Positions 1 through 12,556 are shown, counted from the whole stretch's first letter. The stretch is DNA of 63,040 bases, filler included, from Octopus bimaculoides (GCF_001194135.2; 5 parts of 4 records of this genome joined end to end with filler, not necessarily neighbours in it), one strand, 5' to 3'. Made by a program: numbers and translations. The notes: generated by a model from the letters alone, not told the origin.

Positions 1-119
1 ATATATATATATATATATATATACATACATACCTGCATATACCACAGATAACCGTCAATCACGAGATAGTAAAAGCTTGTTAAGATGTGCCGCACTTTTC
101 CTAATTGTTCAGATGCTTA

Positions 120-300
120 CGTAGTCGAGAGAGGTTATACTCAGCGTCTCCGTCCTACAACCCTTGATCTAGCAGAACTTCCGGGACAGGATTTTACAAT
201 TGGCAGAGACAAAGCTGCCCTCTCACATACTTGTTACTCATTACACAACATACCTCCCTGTCCTTGAATTGAACCTAGGACCTCAGCCTCATAAACATTG
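120..300 (-). mobile_element. degenerate tRNA-derived SINE fragment
   Basis: The reverse complement of 266-275 is a B-box (GGTTCAATTC) in a tRNA-like context (GAGGTCCTAGGTTCAATTCAAGGACAGGG). The A-box is lost in the adjacent CA repeat. Confidence 0.4.
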
Positions 301-387
301 GCAAACACACATACACACTGCAAAACACACATACACACTCTCCCATACATACACGTATATTCTAATTATTTGCTAGAAATTGTATAT

Positions 388-580
388 ATCGGTTTCAAAA
401 TTTGGCACCAGGCCAGCAATTTTGGGGGGTAGTAATTTGAATACACCAGCCCCAAGGCTCGACTGGTAATCATTTTATTGACCTCCACGAAAGTTTGAAA
501 GGCAAAGTCAACCACAGCGGAATTTGAACTCAGAATGTGAAGACAGACGAAATAGCGCTAAGCATTATGCCCTCTCGGCG
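388..580 (-). mobile_element. tRNA-derived SINE, family B (TTCTGAGTTCAAATT...GTCGACTTTGCCTTTCATCC)
   Basis: Reverse complement aligns by eye to the + strand copies at 4933-5155 and 7011-7440, including the GCCTGGTGCCAAATTTTGAAACC-type tail. Confidence 0.85.
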
Positions 581-1260
581 CCCTAGAAATTGTATCTCTT
601 TAATAAATGATATTTCCATTGTTTGTGGTTACAATATATATTCTAAGAGTTATAACGTTAAATCTAAGAATAGAGAACCCTAATGAATATTTATTTTAAC
701 AAAATCTCCTCAATCTACAACTTTTTAGTTACTCAGTTTAATTTCACAACAGAAAGCTAATAAAACTAATTGCAAATTCATCCTCATTCTGATCTATGTT
801 CTCATCATGGGTATTGTCAGTAAATATTCCTTTGGGAAACCTAAAACAACCGCAAAATGCAATCTTATATACATAGAATGTCATGATCTTAATACGACAC
901 ATCCATTTGCATCCTTGCTTTCATACCTAAGTAAAACATAAACAGTAACAAAATTCCCATATCAAACAAAAATAACTCGCTTAACCTTTCTCACAGGTGT
1001 ATAGTTTCCTCCTACGAATTCTCACTTACGTAACGTATAATTTCCTTTGGTCCTTCTCTATATTTTACGCCCAGCACGCATAACTACTTCTGTTTCTCTA
1101 AATCAGGCGTAATTGTCATATTACCATGACACCTTCTAACAATTACCCACAACATACCAAAGACATTATAAAATCAGAAGCAATCAAGGAAAATACCAAT
1201 CTGACGAAGGTGAGCAAGCAAAAACGTCCAAGTAATTGCCGATATAGCAAAAGTTTAAGT

Positions 1261-1285
1261 GTGTGCGTGTGTGTGTGTGTGCGTA

Positions 1286-1321
<36 letters not shown>

Positions 1322-1356
1322 TATACATACATGAATACATATATATATATATGTAT

Positions 1357-1428
<72 letters not shown>
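1261..1428. repeat. compound (GT)n/(TA)n microsatellite flanking a 722-nt N gap
   Basis: Direct reading. It is the source of the spurious VCVC/YIYI ORFs. Confidence 0.95.
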
Positions 1429-2130
1429 NNNNNNNNNNNNNNNNNNNNNNNNNNNNNNNNNNNNNNNNNNNNNNNNNNNNNNNNNNNNNNNNNNNNNNNN
1501 NNNNNNNNNNNNNNNNNNNNNNNNNNNNNNNNNNNNNNNNNNNNNNNNNNNNNNNNNNNNNNNNNNNNNNNNNNNNNNNNNNNNNNNNNNNNNNNNNNNN
1601 NNNNNNNNNNNNNNNNNNNNNNNNNNNNNNNNNNNNNNNNNNNNNNNNNNNNNNNNNNNNNNNNNNNNNNNNNNNNNNNNNNNNNNNNNNNNNNNNNNNN
1701 NNNNNNNNNNNNNNNNNNNNNNNNNNNNNNNNNNNNNNNNNNNNNNNNNNNNNNNNNNNNNNNNNNNNNNNNNNNNNNNNNNNNNNNNNNNNNNNNNNNN
1801 NNNNNNNNNNNNNNNNNNNNNNNNNNNNNNNNNNNNNNNNNNNNNNNNNNNNNNNNNNNNNNNNNNNNNNNNNNNNNNNNNNNNNNNNNNNNNNNNNNNN
1901 NNNNNNNNNNNNNNNNNNNNNNNNNNNNNNNNNNNNNNNNNNNNNNNNNNNNNNNNNNNNNNNNNNNNNNNNNNNNNNNNNNNNNNNNNNNNNNNNNNNN
2001 NNNNNNNNNNNNNNNNNNNNNNNNNNNNNNNNNNNNNNNNNNNNNNNNNNNNNNNNNNNNNNNNNNNNNNNNNNNNNNNNNNNNNNNNNNNNNNNNNNNN
2101 NNNNNNNNNNNNNNNNNNNNNNNNNNNNNN

Positions 2131-2163
<33 letters not shown>

Positions 2164-2339
2164 CTATGTATCCTATTAGGCATTATAATAAATGACAAAG
2201 CAGTATTTAAAATGGAATTTCAAGTTAGATTTGCTGCAATATTATATAAATCAACCTCATCATAATGATCAATCGCAGCAATATGACAAGTAAATCTATG
2301 TAATCGAAGATCATAAATACTAGATATAGCAGCAAATTT

Positions 2340-2870
2340 CTCATAAAAACAATTTTCCGTATTTCTAATTATTTCTGAACGAATGGCCCAGCGCTTCGTT
2401 GAATTTTGCAGCTGACCATAACGCTAACGTTCAAATATATTCCTAATTGTATAAATTTTGGTAATATAGCCATGCATAATAACAGGGCTGTTGTATAGAC
2501 TGTTTCAAAGAGTTCATCCGGTGTTAGCAATTACAACGAGATACACAGAAAGATTTATGCTTTCATTGAAAAAATCGCTGTAGGTTGTTGCATTAACAGA
2601 AGGCACTTTCACTCTGTTTATGATATATTAGATGTATTATTCTGAGCGGAACATTATCTAAATTAATACATTGTGGTGTATTGCGGGAGCCATGCGATAG
2701 ATACATTTTGAAGTTAAGAGAGAAAGAAAACCAAAAATATATCCGACGCCGTCTACTATATTATGGTTCTGCTTTAAGCAAGCTATTGTTATATTGGCAA
2801 ATTGGTTATTTCGCCTCACCAAACTGGTAATTATACCGCCTAGTATCCAAGACATGTTTAATGTGACTGT
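2340..2870 (-). mobile_element. possible Helitron PIF1-helicase relic
   Basis: Minus-strand pieces across frameshifts read DTR..LPV, VRRNNQFANITIACLKQ, TPDELFETVY, LCMAIL and NVSV. They are in the order of the Helitron motifs GDFRQ.LPV...NACLK...EELI..VY...ERAILAPKN. Confidence 0.4.
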
Positions 2871-2964
2871 TAATCTGGATATAGAATATGTTTATAGAAT
2901 TTTTGAACAATCTGATATATAGATACATACATAAGCACACACAAACATATATACTTACATACAT

Positions 2965-3013
<49 letters not shown>

Positions 3014-4679
3014 CACATACATACATGCATATTATGATAGATAGGAGGACAGAGGGAGAGAGAGAAAGAGAGAGAGAGAGAGAGGGATAGAGAACGTGAG
3101 AGATAGACAAATATAACGCGTACACATGTTTATATATCTATATATATACCTGATATTTAGTTGTCTATCTATCCACCCATCCATCCATCCATCCATCCAT
3201 CCGACCGTCCGTCCATACGTCCGTCCGTCTGTCTGTCTGTCTTAATCTCTCCTCCCTCTCTTTCTCTGTCTCTGTCTCTATCTATCTATCTATCTATCTA
3301 TCTACCTATCTATATGTCTATCTATCTAATGATTTGAATGTAGATGATTTCCAGTACGTTGATAGGTGTACGAGGTGTTCCTGATCGATTATCTTATTTG
3401 TAATGGATATTAATTCTGTTGGCAATATCTTATTAACCAGAATGCTCTATAAGTTTTATATATATATATATATGTTTGATACATAATTAACATTGCTGCA
3501 TATACATAGCGAAAAAGCTATATAACTAAAATATTGAACACGTTTTCTATCAACTTCGAATATATTTTTTATATACATATATTACATTAAATTATACTAC
3601 GGCTGATGCACAGATTGTTAACATGTTTGTCAAAGTGAATGTGTCATTTTGACAGCCGTGTGATTGTAACCATTCTACTGTATGATGTTTTGACTATTAT
3701 AAGAAATGTTATTATGGTAAATACTGGACGATTTGTTGTTAATGCCTGCAACATTAAACGCTAGACCTATCGTTAGAAAGAACGTTATATATTTTACATT
3801 GGATTTGGAATAGATTTCCCTTGAAATGTGTTATTCTTTGGAGTTTATATATTTATGGAGAGTAAAATTTTTCCGTCAAACTGCATTGCTGCAGCGCGTT
3901 CACTGTCTGTCTGTCTCTCTTTCACATCGCTTCTCTCTCTCTCTCTTCCCTTTCCTCTTCCCCATCTTCTTCTTCTTTCTCTGTCTCTTTCTCATTGCTG
4001 CCCGACATCTCAGCTACTCTGTTTGTGGAACTGTTTCTATCACTTATGCTTCTATCACGCATTCTTCTCAACTCTTAAGAACTCACATGTTGCTACAACA
4101 GACTGCATACACTTATACACACACATGCTCCCCCTGACTCACACACACCCACACACACACGCAAACACATACGCGCGCACACTCACACGCAAACACACAC
4201 ACACAAACACACAAACGCACACACGCAAACACCCACATCATTTAATGTACACTGTATTAAAATAAGAGTTCCATGCCATTGAGACACATGGTTAGGCACA
4301 CTTTTGTAACGTGCCTTGTGTCTTCAAGTAATCTTCAGACTCTGGGTACTTGTTTTTTTTTTTTTTGAAAATCAGGATGCTGGTACATGAGAAACTATGA
4401 GAAAAAACGAGAAGAATGTTGATACAAAAAATTGAATGAGATTACAAAGAGTAAACAAAAACAGTCAAAGGAAGAAAAGGAAATTAGAGTTACGTACCCT
4501 TGGAGCCTATAGATTGCTTGGAGACATAAGTTACGTTATAAAAATCTGCTCAACTAAGTGTCTCCATGGCAAGAAACTATTAGAAACTCTTGTTTTGATT
4601 CAGTGTACATTAAATATTTATCTCTTGGTGGATGCAGTATTCTTTTTCGTTCATCTTACTTTAACGGAACAGTAACTAC

Positions 4680-4834
4680 ACACACACACACACATACGAA
4701 CACACACATGAACACACACGCACACGCAACACACGCACACACATACAAACACATGTACACGCACACACATACAGACACACACGCGCAGATGCATACACAC
4801 ACACACATACACACAGCAATGCACACACACATAC

Positions 4835-4912
<78 letters not shown>
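4680..4912. repeat. (CA)n-rich microsatellite
   Basis: Direct reading. Confidence 0.95.
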
Positions 4913-4914
<2 letters not shown>

Positions 4915-4932
4915 CAATGCACACTCAGAAAT

Positions 4933-5155
4933 CTGGCGAGCTGGCAGAAACGATAGCACGCCGGGTGAAATGCTTAGCGATATTTCGTTCTGAGTTCAAA
5001 TTCCGCTGAGGTCGACTTTGCCTTTCATCCTTTTGGGGTCGATAAATTAAATACCAGTTACGTACTGGGATCGATATAATCGACTTAATCCCTTTGTCTG
5101 TCCTTGTTTGTCCCCTCTGTGTTTGACCCGTTGTGGGCAATAAAGAAATAAGAAA
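4933..5155 (+). mobile_element. tRNA-derived SINE, family B, near full length
   Basis: GGCGAGCTGGCAGAAACGATAGCACGCCGGG head, TTCTGAGTTCAAATTCC B-box-like segment, GTCGACTTTGCCTTTCATCC core and AATAAAGAAATAAGAAA tail. Confidence 0.9.
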
Positions 5156-5439
5156 TCCATGCATATTAGATCTCGCTTTCTAGCCGTTACAGCCTACGAT
5201 GTCCTCTCGCAGCATCTTCTGTATATATCAATGGCCGATATGCATCTGAAAATAAGCCTGGAATTTCTGTTAGGACTGGAAACTAGTTCAGCTTTGACAA
5301 CATTTTGACGCAATGTACAAATGTGGTTCATATAGGAGACCTGATGAGATCTTAGGAACGGTGCCGCTGCCATACACACGCGCATGCACGCACGCACGCA
5401 CACACACACGTTTAGACTGCATACGAAACGAGGCCATTT

Positions 5440-5740
5440 GAATGATTGCCTAAAGCTACGATCTCAAATCTTCCCTTTATCACCTCTTTATTTCCCTTCT
5501 CGTTCCACAACGACCCCTACTTTCCTAAACAGTCCTAGCTGTATTCAGCATCTCTCCATCCTGACATATACTTTTTATCGATATCTTCGTCTCTCCTCAT
5601 GCCTACAGCAACTTGCTCATCTCTCCAATCTCGTGCTAAACAGTTTATCAAATCCCTCCTTTTGTGATCCATTGTAGTCTCCTTCCTTGCTGATGCCACG
5701 TGCCCCCCTGACGTCATCGACCTCGTACTGGAGACACCCA
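5440..5740 (-). mobile_element. degenerate RTE-like LINE 3' fragment
   Basis: Minus-strand RRLQWI and EVIK..(DL) pieces resemble the RTE C-terminal RRLRW.GH...W.EVI..DL region. Heavily decayed. Confidence 0.35.
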
Positions 5741-5990
5741 CGCCTCTTTCAGTAAGCTAATGAAATAGCAGCTACATCTAAAATTACATTTCCTTTACTG
5801 TGATGTAATAATAATAAAAGAAGAGATCGAGCTACATCTCTTTTAAGTCTTCACATTTTATTTCTTACTTCAGAGCAAAAAGGACATATATTTTAACAAA
5901 CCAAAAAGAGGTGATCACTTGCCGGAAATGTCATCCCTTCAAAGGATGTCCTCTACAGAGTGACATCTCTTTTAATACTTCATATGATGG

Positions 5991-5993
<3 letters not shown>

Positions 5994-6042
<49 letters not shown>
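5994..6042. repeat. (TAA)n microsatellite
   Basis: Direct reading. Confidence 0.95.
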
Positions 6043-6729
6043 CCGCTGTTGAACATAGTTGACACTATAAAACTGATAGATTGAAAGAACATTAAAGAGA
6101 ATCTGTTGTGGATTTCCTGCAACATTGATAAGACATTAGGCGAAGCAATTCGGTGAATATTTCGTTTGAAGAGATGAAATTTAAAAACATGTTAAAGAGT
6201 GTAAGGGGGCGGGGGGACATAATGATTAAAAACACCGGGAACGGTGTGATGTGGAAATATTGAACAAAGGAACATTGTTTTAATAAGGAGGAGACTAGAG
6301 CCAGCGTTTGAGTAAAAGCAGCAACTTTTTATAACAGTTGAGAGGCCACAGGATATTAAAAACTGGTGTGGGTGGAAGATTGGCAATGAGTTTGTTCGAT
6401 ACGGCGATAAAAATAATCAATTCTCAACACGTATTGGTTTTAAGTATTTATACAATCAAATATATAAATTCACTCATGCAAGTAAATGTCTTATTGAAGC
6501 TGTGTATACTTTGTGATTCTATCGCTATGTACTATATAATATGACGTTTAAAAATCAATGGAACGTTTGAATAACATGAAGTTTCAGATGTTTTAGGAGA
6601 CGAACAACAAACATACAATTATGTAAGTTCTTTACTTCTCTAAAGATGTTAAACGTGTAATTCATCTGTCTGTTCTTATTGGTACTTCAATTGTAATTAT
6701 GCTTGCTAATATTACGGAAACTTCGTGGA

Positions 6730-6910
6730 AGGACTTGGCTGAGTGGTGAGGATGTTGCACACATGATCATAAGATAATGTTGTGCTTTCTATTTCTGGTT
6801 TGGGTGATGCGTCTTGTGCTTGGGTAAAACATTTCATTTCCACTCAGCTGGCAAAAATGAGTAATCCAGCGACGGATCAACGTCTCGTTCAGGGAAGAAA
6901 TTTATGTCCC
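6730..6910 (+). mobile_element. tRNA-derived SINE with CORE-like central domain (family C)
   Basis: TGGCTGAGTGG A-box, then CTTGGGTAAAACATTTCATTTCCACTCAGCTGGCAAAAATGAGT, shared with the copies at 13290-13620 and 20787-21070. Confidence 0.65.
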
Positions 6911-7010
6911 AGAATCCTAAAAACTGCCTTATTAGGTTAAGATAAATACACTACTTAACTGTTATAATTGTTAACTACAATATTTAGTATATTTCAATAT
7001 ATTTATTGAT

Positions 7011-7217
7011 CGAGCAGTCGGAATCATTGGGATGCCGAACAAAATGCATAGCGGCATTTCGTCCGTCATTACAATCTGAGTTCAAATACCACCGAGGTCG
7101 ACTTTGCCTTTCATCCTTTCGAGGGCGATAAATTAAGTACCAGTTACATACTGGGGTCGACCTAATCGACTGCCCCCCCCACCCAAATTTTGGGCCTTGT
7201 GCCTAGAGTAGAAAAGA
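7011..7217 (+). mobile_element. SINE family B copy
   Basis: Same core as 4933-5155, with a GCCTAGAGTAGAAAAGAA tail. Confidence 0.9.
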
Positions 7218-7230
7218 ATATATTTGTTGA

Positions 7231-7440
7231 TCGGGCAGGCAGAATCGTTGGAACGCCGGGCAAAATGCTTAGCGGCATTTCATCCGTCACTACATTCTGA
7301 GTTCAAATTCCGCCGGGGTCGACTTTACCTTTCATCCTTTCGGAGTCGATTAAACAAGTACTAGTTGAGTACTTTGATCACTGTAATCGACTTACCCCTT
7401 TCCCGAAGTTGCAGGCCTTGTGCCAAAATTTGAAACCAAC
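7231..7440 (+). mobile_element. SINE family B copy, tandem with the previous one
   Basis: Same core, with a GTGCCAAAATTTGAAACC tail. Confidence 0.9.
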
Positions 7441-8939
7441 ATATTGAATGTAGATACACCATATTTGCTATAAATTAACTTCCCTATTAATTGTTCAGTC
7501 ATTGAAATGTTTTACTATATCACCAAAATAAAGGCACAGCAACTTAGAATAACTGGTTTGTCTATTCTGAATGGTATTTCAATCATGATTACAGTTTACT
7601 ATATTACCCGAGATGTCTATCAGTAATCTGTTCTCACAGGGGTATCAATAGTTGTTTCTGTAGTTGACAACGGTTATTATGTTGACATCAACACTTACTA
7701 TAGTCGACTGTATTAACTGAAAAGAGATATAAGAAATTTAAAGATGGATGTCATAACTTTTTTGACACGACTCCTATATGACTGAGCATTACTACTTATT
7801 AATACTATTATATCAAATATATGTTATAGAAATCTATAAATCTTTGACGACTAGAGGAGCGGTTTTGGTGCCAGTTAGAATTTAACTGTTAAATTGTTGT
7901 CAATTTAAAGGTTAAAGTTTTGTAAGAATACAACCGCTGATAGCCAACATAGAAAGTGAGTGTCTTTGAAGATAGAATCAATATTGTTAACACTGGAGGA
8001 TATAGACGTAGTTTTTGAACATTTTTATAAAATTGATAAATGGAAGTGATAGCAAGCCATCACATCGAAATAACACCTGAGTACACTGATATTTAGTCTT
8101 GCTTATTTCCCCCCTGATATGTCGTCATATGTCTATCCATTTATTTGCTCTTTATTGTATCTTTTGTCTAATCTATTCATCTAATCTCTGTTTATTTTAT
8201 TCTTTACCTCTTTATTCACTTGTCTTTTTTTTTCTCTCTGTCAATCTCTTTATCCTCTCTGTTCCATTTTACGATTTATTTCTCTTGTTTCATTATCTAT
8301 AATTTATATTTATGCGTATTTTAATATTTTTTGGCAGTAATTTTTAAATAATATCTTATATAAATATGTTGAATTCTCTACTGGCGCAATGGCAAATCTC
8401 TGAACCAATTTCAATTCTCATTTGAAACTACTTCATTTTAAGTCACTAATTACGTTTAAAAATTTATAAATACTTAACCAACATTGCCCTTGTGTCAATA
8501 CGGCTTGTCATCTATTGATACTTTCCTAAAGAATAGCCAAGCAGAAACTATGAATATTCGATATGAGACTATTTATATCTTCTGTATGTGACATACACAA
8601 ATAATTGATCAGGATTATTTCTCAAATTTCCATTTCAACTAAAAGCTTTTATAACTGAATTTTAAAAATATTGGTGTACTGGACCGTACGCATTAAATTT
8701 AATGTTTTTCACAAACACAATTCTTTAATTAGATTTTATCTGTTTATATATTTGAAAAATATATCTCTACTTCACGCTTTCGTTGTAATTATGAAAGAAC
8801 TCGGTATTAACATGGCTGCCTAAACATTCTGTTTGAACCAATCACATATAGTGTGTTTAATGATTTCAAAATAGAAAATGTATTTTTCTGAACTAATGTA
8901 GGGTCACCGTACTTTCGTAGATTTGCGGTTAAGTTGAAT

Positions 8940-9345
8940 GTCTTTTATCTTTTGCTTCTTTCAATCATCGATCTGCGATCGTACTTGGAGACCGCCTTGA
9001 AGTCGAACTAATTAATCTCAGTATTTATGATACATAACGAACTATCGTGATTGAAGTCTGGTACACGTTCAATTGGTCTCCATGCCGATCCGATAATTTA
9101 CAAGGATGTAAACAAAGCAACGCTGGTCGTCAAGTAGCGGGGGTGGGAGGCAAAAAACTGACACAAACATGCACACACACACTCACACCCCACCCCACCC
9201 CCACACATACACATACAAAAGGCTTCCGCACAGTTTCTATCTATGAAATTAATTCACAAGGCAACGGTCGGGAAGAGCTGTAGTACAAAACACTGGCCCA
9301 AGATGATGTAGAGTGGAACTGAACCCCAAAACACTCATAGACATT
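8940..9345 (-). mobile_element. old SINE family A copy
   Basis: Degenerate matches to both halves of family A (TTTAGTCGA.../CAGTTTC..TCTA...CACAAGGC.../GGAACTGAACCC) with an internal CA repeat. Confidence 0.6.
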
Positions 9346-9351
9346 CCTGCA

Positions 9352-9384
<33 letters not shown>

Positions 9385-10018
9385 NNNNNNNNNNNNNNNN
9401 NNNNNNNNNNNNNNNNNNNNNNNNNNNNNNNNNNNNNNNNNNNNNNNNNNNNNNNNNNNNNNNNNNNNNNNNNNNNNNNNNNNNNNNNNNNNNNNNNNNN
9501 NNNNNNNNNNNNNNNNNNNNNNNNNNNNNNNNNNNNNNNNNNNNNNNNNNNNNNNNNNNNNNNNNNNNNNNNNNNNNNNNNNNNNNNNNNNNNNNNNNNN
9601 NNNNNNNNNNNNNNNNNNNNNNNNNNNNNNNNNNNNNNNNNNNNNNNNNNNNNNNNNNNNNNNNNNNNNNNNNNNNNNNNNNNNNNNNNNNNNNNNNNNN
9701 NNNNNNNNNNNNNNNNNNNNNNNNNNNNNNNNNNNNNNNNNNNNNNNNNNNNNNNNNNNNNNNNNNNNNNNNNNNNNNNNNNNNNNNNNNNNNNNNNNNN
9801 NNNNNNNNNNNNNNNNNNNNNNNNNNNNNNNNNNNNNNNNNNNNNNNNNNNNNNNNNNNNNNNNNNNNNNNNNNNNNNNNNNNNNNNNNNNNNNNNNNNN
9901 NNNNNNNNNNNNNNNNNNNNNNNNNNNNNNNNNNNNNNNNNNNNNNNNNNNNNNNNNNNNNNNNNNNNNNNNNNNNNNNNNNNNNNNNNNNNNNNNNNNN
10001 NNNNNNNNNNNNNNNNNN

Positions 10019-10051
<33 letters not shown>

Positions 10052-10062
10052 ATGGCCTAGAG

Positions 10063-11019
10063 CATGGGTCACCAAACTGCGGGCCGGATCCGGCCCGCGA
10101 CGTCAATTTGTCTGGCCCACCGTTGTATGCTGAAAAAAAAAAGGAACATGCTTTTATACCGTTTCTTACACTTCTTAGATTACACATGTTGTATGTATAC
10201 TGAGTCAGTCACGTGACGTGCTATGTATTTCACGTGCCATAATAATTACTGCAGTACATCACGTGTGCCTCGGGCTAGTCAGTTATTAGTGATTACAATT
10301 AAAACGAGAATATCTGACGCCGAGGCCTAAGACTGCTTTTGTTTTTTCTTCACCCATCGTTATGGCTACTAAGAAGAGAAAGGTCGATGATGAATGTCGC
10401 ATTTTCAATAAAGAATGGGGAGGAAAGTACTTCTTTGGAGAAACGACCAGAAAGCTAGTTGCCTGATATGTAACGACAGTGTTGCTGTTATGAAAGAGTA
10501 CAATATTCGTTGTCATTACAGAGCAAAACATCTCTCAACACATTCTAAGTATTCTAGAAATTTGAATCTATGAAATTTGAATCGAGAAATTTGAATCTAT
10601 GAAACGTAGTTTGGAATTTCAAAGGAGTTTATTTATGAAAAGGTTTATTGAAAATGAATCTATCACTCGTGTAAGTTACAAAATAGTGAATAAGTTGGCA
10701 GAGCGAGGAAAACTATTTACCGACGGGAACTTAATAAAAGATTGCATGATGGAAGCAGCAAACGACTTGTGTCCTGAAAAAGCTAACATGTTTGGCTGTA
10801 TCAGCCTTTCAGCAAGTTCAGTTGTGCGGAGAATAGAAGAACGTGGAGAGAATATACAGTTACAGATACATGAGAAAGCTAAGACATTTTTGTGGTATTC
10901 TTTTGCAATGGATGAGTCTACTGATCTCACTAGTACGTCACAAATTCTTGTGTTCATTCGTGGTGTTAATTGCAACTTTGAGATTATAGAAGAAATGTCA
11001 TCCGTTTGCAGTATACATG
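10063..11019 (+). mobile_element. hAT (Charlie/SPIN, GTF2IRD2-like) DNA transposon 5' part with frameshifted transposase
   Basis: Left TIR CATGGGTCACCAAAC follows GCCTAGAG (Charlie-type NTCTAGAN-like target), then the subterminal palindrome GCGGGCCGGATCCGGCCCGC. ATG at 10362 reads MATKKRKVDDECRIFNKEW; a shifted frame gives CLICNDSVAVMKEYNIRCHY..KH (BED finger). ORF 10599 has GKLFTDGNLIKDCM, ISLSASSVVRRIEE and YSFAMDESTD...QILVFIRGV (first catalytic Asp). Confidence 0.92.
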
Positions 11020-11062
11020 TGGTTGGGAAGCAAACTTCTTACCACACAGCCACTCCAGCGTC
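11016..11062 (-). mobile_element. SINE family A 5' head, truncated
   Basis: Reverse complement CGCTGGAGTGGCTGTGTGGTAAGAAGTTTGCTTCCCAACCACATG. Confidence 0.8.
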
Positions 11063-11596
11063 TTTCATTCTCTTACCTGTTTCAGCCGTTTGACTGCGGC
11101 CGTGTTGGAACACCACTTTTAGTCGAGCTGATCGACCCCAGGACTTATTCTTTGTAAGTCTAGTACTTATTCTCTCGGTGTCTTTTGCCGAACCGCTAGG
11201 TTACGGGGACGTAAACACACCTGCATCGCTTGTCAAGCGATGTTGGCGGGACAAACAGATAGACAGACAGACACACACGCACACATACATACACACACAC
11301 ATAGTGTAAAAGATCGTGGGTAAGGCCAAAACACGCACATCGGCAACATTCGTCAATTTCTTGAAAATGGGGTCATAACGCCGAAATATTGAATACAGGG
11401 TAAGTCTGCATTAATTCACATATCTGTTTTCTTGTGATTTACCTTGCATTTACTTCGCATTGTTTTGGCCTTACCCACGATCTTTTATACAATATATTCT
11501 ACACAATGCTTTAGAGTACTTATTCCATTATATNNNNNNNNNNNNNNNNNNNNNNNNNNNNNNNNNNNNNNNNNNNNNNNNNNNNNNNNNNNNNNN

Positions 11597-11627
<31 letters not shown>

Positions 11628-11772
11628 AGACGGGCTTCTTTCAGTTTTCGTCTACCTAATCCACTCACAAGGCTTTGGCCGGCTCGAAGCTAGAGAAGAA
11701 GACACTTGTCCAAGGTCTCACGTGCCATGTGTTTGGGAAGCAAGCTTCTCACCACACAGCCACTCCTGCGCC
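11063..11772 (-). mobile_element. SINE family A (GGCGCAGGAGTGGCTGTGTGG head, internal microsatellite), interrupted by a MITE and a gap
   Basis: 3' half at 11063-11260 and 5' half at 11620-11772 match the copy at 47115-47457. The B-box segment is deleted near 11725. Confidence 0.9.
11302..11494. mobile_element. ~190-bp MITE with ~28-bp TIRs, TA-flanked (Tc1/mariner-type)
   Basis: AAAAGATCGTGGGTAAGGCCAAAACA at 11308-11333 and its reverse complement TGTTTTGGCCTTACCCACGATCTTTT at 11461-11486. Confidence 0.85.
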
Positions 11773-12556
11773 TATATATATTTCTCAATTCTTTTGATGT
11801 TATGCCACGAAATTAATAAGGTCGGATATAACAATGACGGATATAAATCTTCTCTGGAAATTTCCAGTCGATGTTTCTGTTTCAAATATTATCTAACTTC
11901 CGCGTAGTTTCGTACTCATCACACTTGCTATATTCAATAAGATTTATACCTTGACATAAAATCCTTAACATTAGTATTATACATCTCTAAAATAACCACA
12001 GTCCATACTTATAAAAGTTAATACTTAATAAAGTTGATATCGAATAGTCTGCTGATTAAATTGTTTTTCTTTTTAGCGTTCTTTGATTTCAAAGGAAATT
12101 TTCGAAATCAGATGATAGCGTTCGAGATGAAGTTTATCTAAAGACTCCAAAGAATTGATGATCATCAAAGATTCCATTAAGATAATTGATAAAGCTCTCT
12201 CATATACACTTTTAAAAAAACAGACTAAATTTCTTTCACATAAATCTATAACATTAGATTATTAAGATGGATTTCAAAGACATATAAGCCACGCATTAAA
12301 TATTATTTCAAATTACAGAGAATTACTAGTTGTAGACTACTTTGAGTTTCTTTTTAGTTAGCTACAGAAGTAAAAAGTTCTGTTATTACTGAATATGTTA
12401 ATGTAGGAAACCATGATAATATTAATATTTGTATCAGTGAAAATACTGATGATCCTGTTATTTAAGGTACGTTGATGTTACTATATGTTTCGCATAAAGC
12501 TAAGTAAGAAGATGAAGCAGGTAGAAGGATAAGTCACAATGAAAATAAGTAACATA

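Noticed and set aside
1201-1228. CTGACGA-AGG...AAAAC-GTC hammerhead-like spacing
   Set aside because: G12 is missing, and neither helix II nor helix I pairs.
1126-2265. Long ORFs (up to 379 aa) here and at 9249, 28079, 44208, 46000 and 52115
   Set aside because: They are read-through of N gaps and di/trinucleotide repeats.
6588-6622. TTTCAG|35 nt (DVLGDEQQTYNY)|GTAAGT micro-exon
   Set aside because: The splice signals are good, but such a short match is expected by chance and has no homology or partner exon.
12438-12466. ATCAG|TG-AAA-ATA-CTG-ATG-ATC-CTG-TTA-TTT-AAG|GTACGT, a signal-peptide-like micro-exon
   Set aside because: Only 29 nt, it needs an unseen upstream base, and it cannot be chained to other exons.
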